DNA from: a virus
Taxonomy: Duplodnaviria; Caudoviricetes
Direction: 5' to 3' (one strand)
Length of the DNA stretch: 64,000 nucleotides
IMG/VR virus record: IMGVR_UViG_3300028832_000095
Coordinates: 128,001 to 192,000 of that record
The notes under the pieces were generated by a model. That model was not told the DNA's origin, did not search any database, and was given only the letters and a program-made list of their open reading frames with translations. Shown here in pieces: positions 1 to 9,205 of this stretch (positions are counted from its first letter, which is position 1; every line of letters starts with the position of its first letter). A program made the translations under genes and the position numbers.

Positions 1-402
1 GTTACCGGAAGAACTCCTATCGTTGCAGAGAATGGTTTTGTAGCATACGCTTATACACAGTATGTAAAGATTCTTGATAAGCAAAGAAAAGAAGCAGAAA
101 GACTTGCAATTGTAGGAAAGAGCAACTATGTTGGTGAAACTGGAAAGAAGTACACATTCACTGGCAAGATTGAAAGAGTTGCCGGATATGATACAGATTA
201 TGGTTATGTCACAGTGTTTACATTCAGAACAGTTGACGGAAATGCAATCGTATGGAAAACAACATCTGATCCGCTTACAAAAGACTACACAGAAATTGGA
301 ACAATCGAAGTCACCGGAACAGTAAAAGAACACAAAGAATATAGAGATGAAAAACAGACAATCCTTACAAGGTGCAAGATCAGAGAAGTGGTTGGAGCAT
401 AA
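1..402 (+). CDS. Partial phage protein (5' truncated), C-terminal OB-fold-like domain
   Basis: Frame is open from base 1 to TAA at 400-402; ends VTGTVKEHKEYRDEKQTILTRCKI. Confidence 0.6.
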   Translation, partial: VTGRTPIVAENGFVAYAYTQYVKILDKQRKEAERLAIVGKSNYVGETGKKYTFTGKIERVAGYDTDYGYVTVFTFRTVDGNAIVWKTTSDPLTKDYTEIGTIEVTGTVKEHKEYRDEKQTILTRCKIREVVGA

Positions 403-417
403 ATCCAACCACTTTTT
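384..417 (+). terminator. Intrinsic terminator
   Basis: AGAAGTGGTTGGA...TCCAACCACTTTT hairpin spanning the stop codon. Confidence 0.6.
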
Positions 418-477
418 CTATTTTATCAATTCTAACTACATACAGAATAAATAAACCGAATATTTGATAACAATAAT

Positions 478-516
478 ACATAGTACGAATCGCCGTTTAC
501 TATGTCTTTTTTTTTT
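478..516 (+). terminator. Terminator-like hairpin directly upstream of tail-spike gene
   Basis: ACATAGTA...TACTATGT followed by T10. Confidence 0.55.
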
Positions 517-542
517 ATTCTTTATGTAGGAGATGATTTCTA

Positions 543-2273
543 ATGGCTGATGGAAAAGCAAAAGTTTTTTATTTAACATATGAAAGATATGAGAATTTGA
601 AAAACTCACAAGACCCAAACGAACATATTGATGCTAATTCATTTTATGTAGTATCTGAAACATCACAACTAGGTTCTAATATGCTTTCACTTTATCTAGG
701 TGAAGCAAAACAATGTGATCTATTAGATATTACACAAGATGTAGATGATCCTGAAAATCCTATTGATTATGTAGATTTTATAAATAATGACAATATTCCG
801 GAAAGTTATAAGATTCCTGATAAGCTATTATTCTATAAACAAGGTACTTATGGTGTTGATGAACATTATTCAATGCTAATGTATTATGTTCCGGAAGGGG
901 AAGATAGACAGCAAGGGAGATTTATTCAAGTAGGAGATAGTTCTTCTATAAAACCAGATAATCTAACTATACTATTAAATCAAGCTACTAATGAAATATA
1001 TGGTGTAGGTGCTAACTTAGAAGGAAAAGAAATTACATATGGTGTAAATACATATACAGGTGCCGTTGGTGCAACCGTATATAATGATTATGTTAATAAT
1101 AAAAATGCAGGACAATACTCTAATGTATTTGGAAGTAGTAATGCTGATATAAATGGTGAGTTTGACACTATCTTTGGTTATCAAAATACTGTTAGTGGTG
1201 GAACAGTTAGAGGAAATACAGTTTTAGCAGAAAATGTTTCTTTATCAGCACCAACAATAAAAAATAATTTAGTAAGTGGTTCTAGTATTACGGTCGGTAT
1301 GGGAGGAAATTGTGAACATAACACAATCATCGGGTCTAACCATAATATAGGAATGGGAAATGTTCCGTTTATAAACAATCTGATTTTTGGTTACGGTGTT
1401 GTAAGTCCGGCTGGTAGTGGTCAAAATCCAACAAAAATAAGATATTCTATTATAGGTGGTAAAGATCAAAAAATAACAGGTGCTGCTGATGGATATGTTA
1501 TATTGGGATTGAACTCTTCCTGTGTGAATTGTTATGACGGTTCTACTATTCTTGGAAGTAGTCATACAGTCACAAATGGTGTTGAGGGAATATTGGTGGC
1601 AGGTCGTTCAAATGAAGTTGACACAACACATTCACCCTATGATGACGCCGGAATAATAGTTGTGGGAGATCATTTAAATGTTTCACAATATACGAATTTT
1701 GGTTTTACTGTTCTTGGAAAATATAATGATACGTCTGTAAAAGATTCTATATTCACAATAGGAAATGGAACAAGTATAACAAGGTCAGATGTAATTAGAT
1801 TATCTAATACAGGTCTTTTACAAGTTTGTGGAACTAATGGAGATGTTGTAACATCAACAGGAAATAACTTAAACACAGAAATAAGAACAGTACCGATATC
1901 TACAACCTCTCATACATTTTTAGTTCTTCCATTTAACGGAAAAGAAACTATACTACAAAATACCGTATCACCAAATACAATATCAAGTATAGGAATATCA
2001 GACATAACATACATGAGTTATAACAATGGTCGTGGTGATACGTCTATGGCAACATCTGATGATTATAATTCGGTTATTGTATTCAAAAAAGGTTCTAGTA
2101 TGACAACAGCCGATAGTGTATTAGCAAACTTCACAGACCCAGATCTACCAAAAATATACTTGCTAAATCCAGATATTGATATTTCAACATTTGATATTCT
2201 TCACGTTATGTTATTTAATGACGGATTTCATATTTGTGCTATCGTTGCAGGATATGAGGAGGCTTCATCATGA
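543..2273 (+). CDS. Putative tail spike / adhesin with YadA-like beta-solenoid repeats
   Basis: G/N/S/I-rich short repeats followed by GKYN...IFTIGNG...RSD motif; SD AGGAG. Confidence 0.55.
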   Translation: MADGKAKVFYLTYERYENLKNSQDPNEHIDANSFYVVSETSQLGSNMLSLYLGEAKQCDLLDITQDVDDPENPIDYVDFINNDNIPESYKIPDKLLFYKQGTYGVDEHYSMLMYYVPEGEDRQQGRFIQVGDSSSIKPDNLTILLNQATNEIYGVGANLEGKEITYGVNTYTGAVGATVYNDYVNNKNAGQYSNVFGSSNADINGEFDTIFGYQNTVSGGTVRGNTVLAENVSLSAPTIKNNLVSGSSITVGMGGNCEHNTIIGSNHNIGMGNVPFINNLIFGYGVVSPAGSGQNPTKIRYSIIGGKDQKITGAADGYVILGLNSSCVNCYDGSTILGSSHTVTNGVEGILVAGRSNEVDTTHSPYDDAGIIVVGDHLNVSQYTNFGFTVLGKYNDTSVKDSIFTIGNGTSITRSDVIRLSNTGLLQVCGTNGDVVTSTGNNLNTEIRTVPISTTSHTFLVLPFNGKETILQNTVSPNTISSIGISDITYMSYNNGRGDTSMATSDDYNSVIVFKKGSSMTTADSVLANFTDPDLPKIYLLNPDIDISTFDILHVMLFNDGFHICAIVAGYEEASS

Positions 2274-2560
2274 ATAATAGAATGAAATTATTAAAGAGAT
2301 ACTATTGTAGTATTCCTACCAAAACAGAACCAGAACCGGAATTTACATATACAGTATCAAATAATGAAGCCACAACAGAATTTTATTATGGAACTAAAAC
2401 ATCTGTAACTGTTCCAAATACTCTTGGCGGATATCCGGTAAAAGAAGTTGGAAACACCACATTCAGTCTTGGAGCTTTAAAATTAGAGGATCTTGAAAAA
2501 CCAGATACAACACAAACAATCACATCTATCACTTTCTCAAACGGAATAGAAAAAATTTAA
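2270..2560 (+). CDS. Small protein with BspA/LRR_5-type N-cap fragment
   Basis: FTYTVSNNEAT...SVTVPNTLGGYPVKEVG...F...ITSITFSNGIEKI; ATGA-coupled to upstream gene. Confidence 0.55.
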   Translation: MNNRMKLLKRYYCSIPTKTEPEPEFTYTVSNNEATTEFYYGTKTSVTVPNTLGGYPVKEVGNTTFSLGALKLEDLEKPDTTQTITSITFSNGIEKI

Positions 2561-2569
2561 GCAATTCAC

Positions 2570-2591
2570 TTGACTTTTTGAATGTAGTGTG
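2570..2591 (+). promoter_or_regulatory. Orphaned -35 half of the clpP sigmaA promoter (split by IS607)
   Basis: TTGACT 2570-2575 plus 16 nt ending TGTG; joined to TTATAAT at 4648 it gives a 17-nt-spacer promoter. Confidence 0.75.
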
Positions 2592-2726
2592 TAAGTAACA
2601 GTTTTTGTTAAATATAAAAATTATAATAGTTATTTACATTATTTATAAAAATTATTCAATAAATAGTAGATAAATATAAATTGGAATAACTATATAAATA
2701 ACAACAAGATTTGGAGGTTGTTATTT

Positions 2727-3410
2727 ATGGTTAAGATAAGTGATCTCAATAAAGATTGGTATACTCCTGGTGATGTGGCTAGTATGCTCGGTGTTGTTCC
2801 TATGACAGTTATAGGATATGATAAGAAAGGTATTATGTCATTTGAGAGAACACCAACAAACAGAAGAACCATATCCAAATATAATCTTATTAAAAGTTTG
2901 AAAGAACTAAAAATTTTAGTGGATGATTCTTACAATAAGTTTGATGCCATATACGCAAGAGTGTCTACTCAAACACAATCTAAACGGGGTGATTTGGATC
3001 ACCAGATAAATACATTGTTATCTTTTTGTGCAGCAAAAAATCCAGTCAATCTTCAGATATATAAAGATGTTGGTAGCGGACTCAATGATAAAAGAAAAGG
3101 TATAATAAAACTTATTCATGATATAGAATCAGATAAAATAAGCAGATTATTTATTATGTATAAGGATAGATTAACAAGGTTTGGATTTAATTATTTATCT
3201 GAAATTTGTGTGACACATAATACAGAAATTATACAAGTCTCAAAGGAAGTCGTTACAAAAACAACGCAAGAGGAGTTGGCGGAAGATTTGTGTGCAATAA
3301 TACACTCTTTCAGTGGCAAATTATACGGGCTTAGAAAATCTCAAATAAAAGATATTAACGAAAAATTAAGTTTTTTGAGGGAGGTGAATGAGAATGATGA
3401 CTCTGGTTGA
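2727..3410 (+). CDS. tnpA: IS607 transposase, MerR-type HTH + serine recombinase
   Basis: N-terminal HTH (YTPGDVASMLGV...RTPTNRR), YARVS, DVGSGLN, DRLTRFGF, EELAEDL...SFSGKLYG. Confidence 0.92.
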   Translation: MVKISDLNKDWYTPGDVASMLGVVPMTVIGYDKKGIMSFERTPTNRRTISKYNLIKSLKELKILVDDSYNKFDAIYARVSTQTQSKRGDLDHQINTLLSFCAAKNPVNLQIYKDVGSGLNDKRKGIIKLIHDIESDKISRLFIMYKDRLTRFGFNYLSEICVTHNTEIIQVSKEVVTKTTQEELAEDLCAIIHSFSGKLYGLRKSQIKDINEKLSFLREVNENDDSG

Positions 3411-4605
3411 AAAACATATAATTAAAAGAAACCATAGATATTACAATAAAATAGATCATATTTGCTTTCTTTCAAAGAATCTATACAATTCAACATTGTA
3501 TGTTATCAGGCAACATTATAAAAATACAGAAGAATATCTTAATTATAATGAGGTAAATAAAATATTTACAGATAAAAAACAGATAGATTATTGTGCTTTG
3601 CCAAGAAAAGTGAGTAAATGCACCCAAATGCTTGTTGATAAAAATTATAAAGCATTTTTCAGTAAACACAAAAACGGAGATATGAGATGCCGACCTCCAA
3701 AATACCTAGATAAGATAAATGGTAGACAAGTTACTATGTACTGCAAACAAGCGTTATCTTTTAAAAGAATAGGATTTGTTAAACTATCAGGAACAGATAT
3801 CTTTATAAAAACAGACAAAGATGTTCAGTTTGTGCGTCTTGTTCCTAGAAATGGTTATTATATTATTGAGATTGGATATAATATACATTCAAACGATATT
3901 AAGATAGATAATAGCAGATATGCTAGCATTGATTTAGGAGTTAATAATCTTGCAACAATAACATCAAATGTATTTAGTCCAATTATAATAAATGGAAAGC
4001 CTGTAAAGTCTATAAACCACCACTATAATGAACTTGTTGCGAAATACAAGTCAAAATTACAACTGATAAATAATAAGAAAACATCAAATAGAATAAAGGC
4101 ATTCGGACGAATAAGAAATAATAAGATAGATGATTATTTTCATAAGGTATCCAGATTTATAGTGAATCATTTAGTTTCCACAAATGTTAATACTCTCATA
4201 ATTGGATACAATGAGGGATGGAAACAAGACACTAAAATGCACAAGGATGATAAACAAAACTTCATCTATATACCGTTTCTAAAATTTGTAAGAATGCTTG
4301 AATACAAATGTAATCTTGTTGGTATATGTGTTATTGTTCACGAGGAATCATATACATCCAAATGTAGTTTTATGAATCAGGATGTAATGCCTACATATGG
4401 AAACAAACTAATTGATTTTAATCCAACTGGAAAACGGATAAAACGTGGATTGTATAGAAATAATGATCTTTCTGCGATAAACGCAGACGTAAATGGATCA
4501 TACAACATAATGCGCAAAGTTCTTACTGAAAAAGCAGCATGGAACGAGAATATTTTCTCGAACTGTGTAGAGGTGTGCAGTACACCATTAGTTAAATCAT
4601 TTTAA
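3388..4605 (+). CDS. tnpB: RNA-guided endonuclease TnpB
   Basis: SKNLYN, RuvC-I IDLGVNN, EESYTSKCS, RuvC-III NADVNGSYNI. Confidence 0.92.
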   Translation: MRMMTLVEKHIIKRNHRYYNKIDHICFLSKNLYNSTLYVIRQHYKNTEEYLNYNEVNKIFTDKKQIDYCALPRKVSKCTQMLVDKNYKAFFSKHKNGDMRCRPPKYLDKINGRQVTMYCKQALSFKRIGFVKLSGTDIFIKTDKDVQFVRLVPRNGYYIIEIGYNIHSNDIKIDNSRYASIDLGVNNLATITSNVFSPIIINGKPVKSINHHYNELVAKYKSKLQLINNKKTSNRIKAFGRIRNNKIDDYFHKVSRFIVNHLVSTNVNTLIIGYNEGWKQDTKMHKDDKQNFIYIPFLKFVRMLEYKCNLVGICVIVHEESYTSKCSFMNQDVMPTYGNKLIDFNPTGKRIKRGLYRNNDLSAINADVNGSYNIMRKVLTEKAAWNENIFSNCVEVCSTPLVKSF

Positions 4606-4667
4606 CTATGAATTAGATTTTTATATTAACTATGAAAATCTAAACTGTTATAATAATTTTATGGAGG
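4540..4667 (+). ncRNA. Predicted TnpB omegaRNA (IS right end + flank-derived guide); 5' boundary unknown
   Basis: Inferred from general TnpB biology and the deduced right end at 4647. Confidence 0.4.
4626..4654 (+). promoter_or_regulatory. Hybrid IS/phage promoter for clpP
   Basis: TTAACT (IS, 4626-31) - 17 nt - TATAAT (4649-54), with extended -10 TG. Confidence 0.6.
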
Positions 4668-4675
4668 TGGTTGAT

Positions 4676-5323
4676 ATGCCAGATAATTCCTTTATTCTTC
4701 AACAGCCAAATGATTCAAGAATCCTTTACTTGAATGGTGATGTTGAAGATACAAACATTTCGCAAGTATGCAAAGATCTACTCAATATCATTGAAGAAGA
4801 TAAGAAAGGGCTTGAAAAATTCAGAGATTACAAGCTACTCCCGATCAAACTCTATGTGCAGTCTTATGGTGGATCAATAAATGATATGTGGGCATTGATT
4901 GATATTATTGAATCAAGTACAACACCTATTATTACATATTGTTCCGGATACTGTATGTCAGCAGCAGCACTTATATTCCTTGCTGGACATTATAGATGTA
5001 TGTATAAACACTCGTCAATTATGTTCCATCAAATGTTTGTTGCTACATTTGGAAAGATCATGGACTTCAACCTAGAACAAAAACAGTTTGATAATATGCA
5101 TCGGGATATGATTAAATACATCAAGAAGCATACTAAACTGACAAAGAAGTTCTTTCATAAGATGGTTGATATGAAACGTGATATGTATTTGGATGCTAAA
5201 CAGTGTTTGAAACATGGTGTCTGTGACAGTATTATTGATAACTCAGATATCCGGAGTGATATCAAAAAGCAACTTACTATTATCCTAAATCAACAGGAAT
5301 GTGGAGGATTAGAGGATGAATGA
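4676..5323 (+). CDS. clpP: ClpP-like protease
   Basis: RILYLNG, PIKLYVQSYGG, catalytic CMSAA, MFHQ, RDMYLDA; SD GGAGG. Confidence 0.88.
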   Translation: MPDNSFILQQPNDSRILYLNGDVEDTNISQVCKDLLNIIEEDKKGLEKFRDYKLLPIKLYVQSYGGSINDMWALIDIIESSTTPIITYCSGYCMSAAALIFLAGHYRCMYKHSSIMFHQMFVATFGKIMDFNLEQKQFDNMHRDMIKYIKKHTKLTKKFFHKMVDMKRDMYLDAKQCLKHGVCDSIIDNSDIRSDIKKQLTIILNQQECGGLEDE

Positions 5324-5561
5324 TAAAAAGTATTGGATTGTAAGACCTATCATCAATGGTTTTGAAACTTGTATGTGTCTTTATGGCACAGAGGAAGAAC
5401 TTAGACAGTATATTCAAGTAATGCTAAACGGTGTGACAGCTTATGCAGAAGCTACTGAGGATATTGCACAGATGTTCCTAAGACTAGCAATGAAAGTTTA
5501 TATGTGTCCAAATATTATTCCGGAAGAACAGAAACAAAAAGAAACAGAAGAAAATGTATAA
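5316..5561 (+). CDS. Hypothetical protein
   Basis: ORF coupled to clpP, SD GGAGG, followed by terminator. Confidence 0.6.
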   Translation: MNDKKYWIVRPIINGFETCMCLYGTEEELRQYIQVMLNGVTAYAEATEDIAQMFLRLAMKVYMCPNIIPEEQKQKETEENV

Positions 5562-5567
5562 TATAAA

Positions 5568-5600
5568 CAAAAACGATCTACTTCAAGTGGGTCGTTTTTG
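5568..5600 (+). terminator. Intrinsic terminator
   Basis: CAAAAACGATCTA...TGGGTCGTTTTTG. Confidence 0.6.
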
Positions 5601-5634
5601 TTACCTATAACATATGATATTTTTCAAAAATAAC

Positions 5635-5663
5635 TTGACTTTTTCGAGAAAGTGTGTTATACT
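5635..5663 (+). promoter_or_regulatory. sigmaA-type early promoter
   Basis: TTGACT-N17-TATACT, TGTG extended -10. Confidence 0.85.
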
Positions 5664-5887
5664 ATATTTAAGTAAATGTGTGGGAGAAGAAAGGTGACTG
5701 TTATGAAGAAGTTTGTACCTTATGAAAAACTATCAAAAAAGAAGAAAAAAGAGATCAACAACAAAAAGCGCAATACATGGGGAGATATGAATCCTGAAAC
5801 AAGGATTATCAATAAGAACTTTAAGAAGTTGAAGCAGATGGAATATGAAGATAGTCTTGATTATTAAAAATAAAAGGAGTTATTATT

Positions 5888-6100
5888 ATGAGAAAATATA
5901 AGATATCATTAAATAGTGATGAAGATCATGTTCGTCAGATTAAGGAAGGGCTTGCATCTAATGATGGATACTGCCCATGTCGTATCGGGAGACTTCCTGA
6001 AAATAAATGTATGTGTCAGGAGTTTAAGGATCAGTTGAAAGACGATAACTTTGAGGGTCTTTGTCATTGTGGTCTTTATCTTAAACAGTTTAAGGAGTAA
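5888..6100 (+). CDS. Ferredoxin-thioredoxin reductase catalytic (beta) subunit-like protein
   Basis: GYCPC...KCMC...LCHCGLY. Confidence 0.8.
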   Translation: MRKYKISLNSDEDHVRQIKEGLASNDGYCPCRIGRLPENKCMCQEFKDQLKDDNFEGLCHCGLYLKQFKE

Positions 6101-6103
6101 TGT

Positions 6104-6568
6104 ATGGACATTATTGGAAAACGGTTTGGAAAGTTAGTTGTTCTATCTAACGATCCAAACAGGAAATATTATGTTATGTGTCAGTGTGATTGTGGTAACA
6201 TAAAGTCTATTCGCTCTTGGAGCCTTACAACTCACGGCAAAAGACCTGTTCGTTCTTGTGGATGTGAAAAGGAAAGGGCTTGTTTAGAAAACGCAGAATC
6301 CCATAACAAAGTAGATAAGGCTTTCAATACAAAGTTTGGGATCATAGAAAGTGATAAACCTTATATCAACAATAAGAGTGGATATAAGGGAGTATGTTGG
6401 GATAAGCGTAGGAACAAGTGGTGTGCTGATATTCGCATTCAAGGCAAACGATTCAGATTAGGTAGATTTGATAATATCGAAGATGCTGTAAAAGCAAGAA
6501 TAGAAGCAGAAGAAAAACTACATGAACCTGTAATCAGATTAAAGGAGGAAAAATTAGGTGAACATTAA
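6104..6568 (+). CDS. AP2-domain DNA-binding protein (HNH-AP2 homing-endonuclease-related)
   Basis: GKRFGKLVV, CQCDCG, SCGC, NKSGYKGV.W...W.A.I...LGRF...A..AR..AE. Confidence 0.8.
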   Translation: MDIIGKRFGKLVVLSNDPNRKYYVMCQCDCGNIKSIRSWSLTTHGKRPVRSCGCEKERACLENAESHNKVDKAFNTKFGIIESDKPYINNKSGYKGVCWDKRRNKWCADIRIQGKRFRLGRFDNIEDAVKARIEAEEKLHEPVIRLKEEKLGEH

Positions 6569-6899
6569 AGAAAACTATATGGGATTTTCCGGAACTGTTA
6601 TTAGTGCTTTACGATATTGTTTAGGGAGAATGACATATATGCCGTCACTTGTTATTGAATTTGTCACTCCGTATCTACAAGAAATGGAAACGAAGGATTT
6701 GTATGTTATTCAACGAGACATTGTTGAACATGGTAAATTTGTAGTAACTCCACAAAAAGTAACACTCACATATGACGAACGTGGATTGTGTAAAGAGTGT
6801 TATGGTGATGAATGTGATTATAGAACATGGATGGATTTTCTGGAAAAGGTAGAAGCTGAACTTTATAACAGAAAGGAAGACACAGAAGATGAATCTTAA
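6558..6899 (+). CDS. Hypothetical phage protein
   Basis: ALRYCLGRMTY motif common in phage ORFs; SD AGGAGG. Confidence 0.6.
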   Translation: MNIKENYMGFSGTVISALRYCLGRMTYMPSLVIEFVTPYLQEMETKDLYVIQRDIVEHGKFVVTPQKVTLTYDERGLCKECYGDECDYRTWMDFLEKVEAELYNRKEDTEDES

Positions 6900-7260
6900 T
6901 GAAGCCATTGAACATCTGGAAGAATTGCTTAATGACACAAACAGAGAGTGGAACTGTGAAGAATGTAAAAATGAACATGAAGAACTTTATAACTTTCTAA
7001 AAGAACTTCAAACAAGAAGAACTCAATCTGATAACAGTTGGCATAATTTCAAAACAGATCCTCCACCGGAGAATGAGACTGTTCTTGTGGTGTTTGAATA
7101 TTTCAGATACGGTGATTATAATAGAATGTATAAAGACATTGGCTTATATGAACATCCATACGATCATTTTATAAACGGACAATCTGGTTGGAAAAATCTA
7201 AGAATCATCAAGTGGAAACATCTTGGAATTACAAACTATGATATTATTTCTGAAAAGTGA
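6889..7260 (+). CDS. DUF551-like phage protein
   Basis: WH...PP.NETVLV...IIKWKHL. Confidence 0.5.
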   Translation: MNLNEAIEHLEELLNDTNREWNCEECKNEHEELYNFLKELQTRRTQSDNSWHNFKTDPPPENETVLVVFEYFRYGDYNRMYKDIGLYEHPYDHFINGQSGWKNLRIIKWKHLGITNYDIISEK

Positions 7261-7271
7261 GGTAAATAATT

Positions 7272-7508
7272 ATGAGTAAGATCAAACTAGGTCAGGTTGT
7301 TGATTGTATTATCACATCTATCTGGACTGCTATTGGGGCTTTCTGTTCAGCAAGAGCCGCAACGACAAATAGCATGGATGCTGTATTTATTTACTTTGCT
7401 GTAGCAGTTGCAAGTTTCTATTTTATGTCACATTGTTTATCTAAAACAATCCATAAAAATGTAGAGCGTGATTATTTCTTTGAAGATGATATGACAAAAT
7501 ATCCATAA
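7272..7508 (+). CDS. Small membrane protein
   Basis: Two hydrophobic segments. Confidence 0.55.
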   Translation: MSKIKLGQVVDCIITSIWTAIGAFCSARAATTNSMDAVFIYFAVAVASFYFMSHCLSKTIHKNVERDYFFEDDMTKYP

Positions 7509-7605
7509 TGTAGAATTAAACTCACTACAAACATATATAATCAAACTCCTTCAAACATATATAATGTGGATGTTTTCCGCAATTTGTTGAAAGGAGTTTT
7601 TGACT

Positions 7606-7980
7606 ATGAAATTGTTTATTAAAGAAGGACGTTACGAAGATGATATGGCTGTTGCAAGACATATGTCAAAGTGGCTTGAACCAGATCCAGTAGATGATCC
7701 TGAAATGAGATACACCAGTGCAAAAATCACAGTGAGTTGTCTTGATACGGATGAGGATTATGAAACTGAGTTTGATTTCGATGTTTATAACTCTAAGAAG
7801 TTACCTAACGAAGATTTTGAAGAATATGTAAACAAGAATGCTTCACTTCTCGCACAGCAAGAATGTGAACAGGAAGGTTCTCTGGAGTTTATCGGAGTAA
7901 CAGATATTCAGTTTGAAGAAGAACCTTATTATGAAGATAAGTACGAGAACGATGATTTTTACGATCCATACGAATATTGA
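7606..7980 (+). CDS. Acidic protein with N-terminal MKLFIKE tag (candidate internal head protein)
   Basis: SD AAGGAG; D/E-rich. Confidence 0.6.
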   Translation: MKLFIKEGRYEDDMAVARHMSKWLEPDPVDDPEMRYTSAKITVSCLDTDEDYETEFDFDVYNSKKLPNEDFEEYVNKNASLLAQQECEQEGSLEFIGVTDIQFEEEPYYEDKYENDDFYDPYEY

Positions 7981-8014
7981 TTGATTGTTCTTCACATTAT
8001 AATTATTTATTCTA

Positions 8015-8048
8015 AACGTCACATTTATTTGTGGCGTTATTTTTTTTT
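8015..8048 (+). terminator. Intrinsic terminator
   Basis: AACGTCACA...TGTGGCGTT + T-run. Confidence 0.65.
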
Positions 8049-8059
8049 GAAATTTCCTA

Positions 8060-8088
8060 TTGACTTTTTTGAGTTATTGTGTTATAAT
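8060..8088 (+). promoter_or_regulatory. sigmaA-type early promoter
   Basis: TTGACT-N17-TATAAT. Confidence 0.85.
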
Positions 8089-8109
8089 ATGTTTACGGAG
8101 GTGTTGTAT

Positions 8110-8448
8110 ATGAATGAAATGCAAAGTAATTCATTAAAAAACATTAAAAGACAGGCTAATGAATATGCTGACAGTATTTTTGGAAGAGGACATATAAGAA
8201 CAATGAAATTAGATTCTTTGGAATATTTTATTTCTGCATGGTTTGAAATTTCTCCAATTGATGATGATATTGAAAAGTTTCCATACCCAACAGCACATAT
8301 TTATATTTATCCGGATGGTTCACTCAGATATCCAGTTCACATAAACCATGATATTTATGATGAAGATTACATAGATTTTAAGACAACTATTGAGTGTCAG
8401 TCGGCTAGAAATAAAAATATAAGAAAGGATGATCTATACTATGAGTAA
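8110..8448 (+). CDS. Hypothetical protein
   Basis: Start reassigned to ATG 8110 after GGAGG and promoter. Confidence 0.6.
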   Translation: MNEMQSNSLKNIKRQANEYADSIFGRGHIRTMKLDSLEYFISAWFEISPIDDDIEKFPYPTAHIYIYPDGSLRYPVHINHDIYDEDYIDFKTTIECQSARNKNIRKDDLYYE

Positions 8449-8752
8449 GAAGAAAGAAACAATTGAACCGGAACAGATTGGAGTTATTCTTAAAATTCCA
8501 AAAGGATGTAAAAAACTAACCCTTACAGCAATCATAGAGCAAGACGGAAAAGAATTGTCGGTATCTACTACGCTTAAAAAGAAAGCCCTTAAAACTGCTA
8601 GAAAAGACTTCCTTGATAATGTTGAATTTGGTGATGATTATGATGAAGTCTATGCTCTTACAGACGAAGGTAAAGCATACCTTAACAGTCCGGAAGGTAT
8701 GGCAGAATTGCGCAGAATCATCGAGGAAGAATTAGACAAAGAAGATAATTAA
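8429..8752 (+). CDS. Hypothetical protein
   Basis: ORF in operon. Confidence 0.55.
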   Translation: MIYTMSKKKETIEPEQIGVILKIPKGCKKLTLTAIIEQDGKELSVSTTLKKKALKTARKDFLDNVEFGDDYDEVYALTDEGKAYLNSPEGMAELRRIIEEELDKEDN

Positions 8753-8775
8753 ATAATAAAATTTTCTAAAAACAC

Positions 8776-8804
8776 TTGACTTTTTCCTTATAATGTGTTA
8801 TACT
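8776..8804 (+). promoter_or_regulatory. sigmaA-type early promoter
   Basis: TTGACT-N17-TATACT. Confidence 0.85.
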
Positions 8805-9205
8805 ATATTTACAAGATATTATGAAGGAGGAAGTCACTATGTTAGATCCTAATAGACTGTTTGAGGAAGGTATCGTTACAAAGGATATCAAGAAAATTCG
8901 TCAGGCTCAGTATGAGTATGAGATTCTTTTGGAACAGGAAATTATGCTTGACAATGAAGATCACTATGACCTCCGTGAAGATATCTCTAACTATGAGGAA
9001 TGTGGGTGGTGTGCATGACAGACAGTTATTTCAATATGTTTGCCAGAGAAGTTATTTCTGACAAACAATATACAGATGATTCAATAATAGATTATATACA
9101 AGAAGGTTTACATGAAATAGAATATCCAAATCCTAGAAATATTCCAAGATATCCAATTGATCCTTATGAATGGATTCATATAGTAGTATTACCTTGATAT
9201 AGGAG

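Larger units (their letters stand above)
2592..4647 (+). mobile_element. IS607-family element (TnpA serine recombinase + TnpB)
   Basis: Overlapping tnpA/tnpB; TG dinucleotide at both junctions (2590-91, 4646-47); removal restores a consensus promoter; TTAACTATGAA repeated near the right end. Confidence 0.85.

Noticed and set aside
2592-4647. IStron (group I intron-IS607 chimera)
   Set aside because: Only about 135 nt of AT-rich DNA precede tnpA, too short for a group I core, and the insertion is intergenic.
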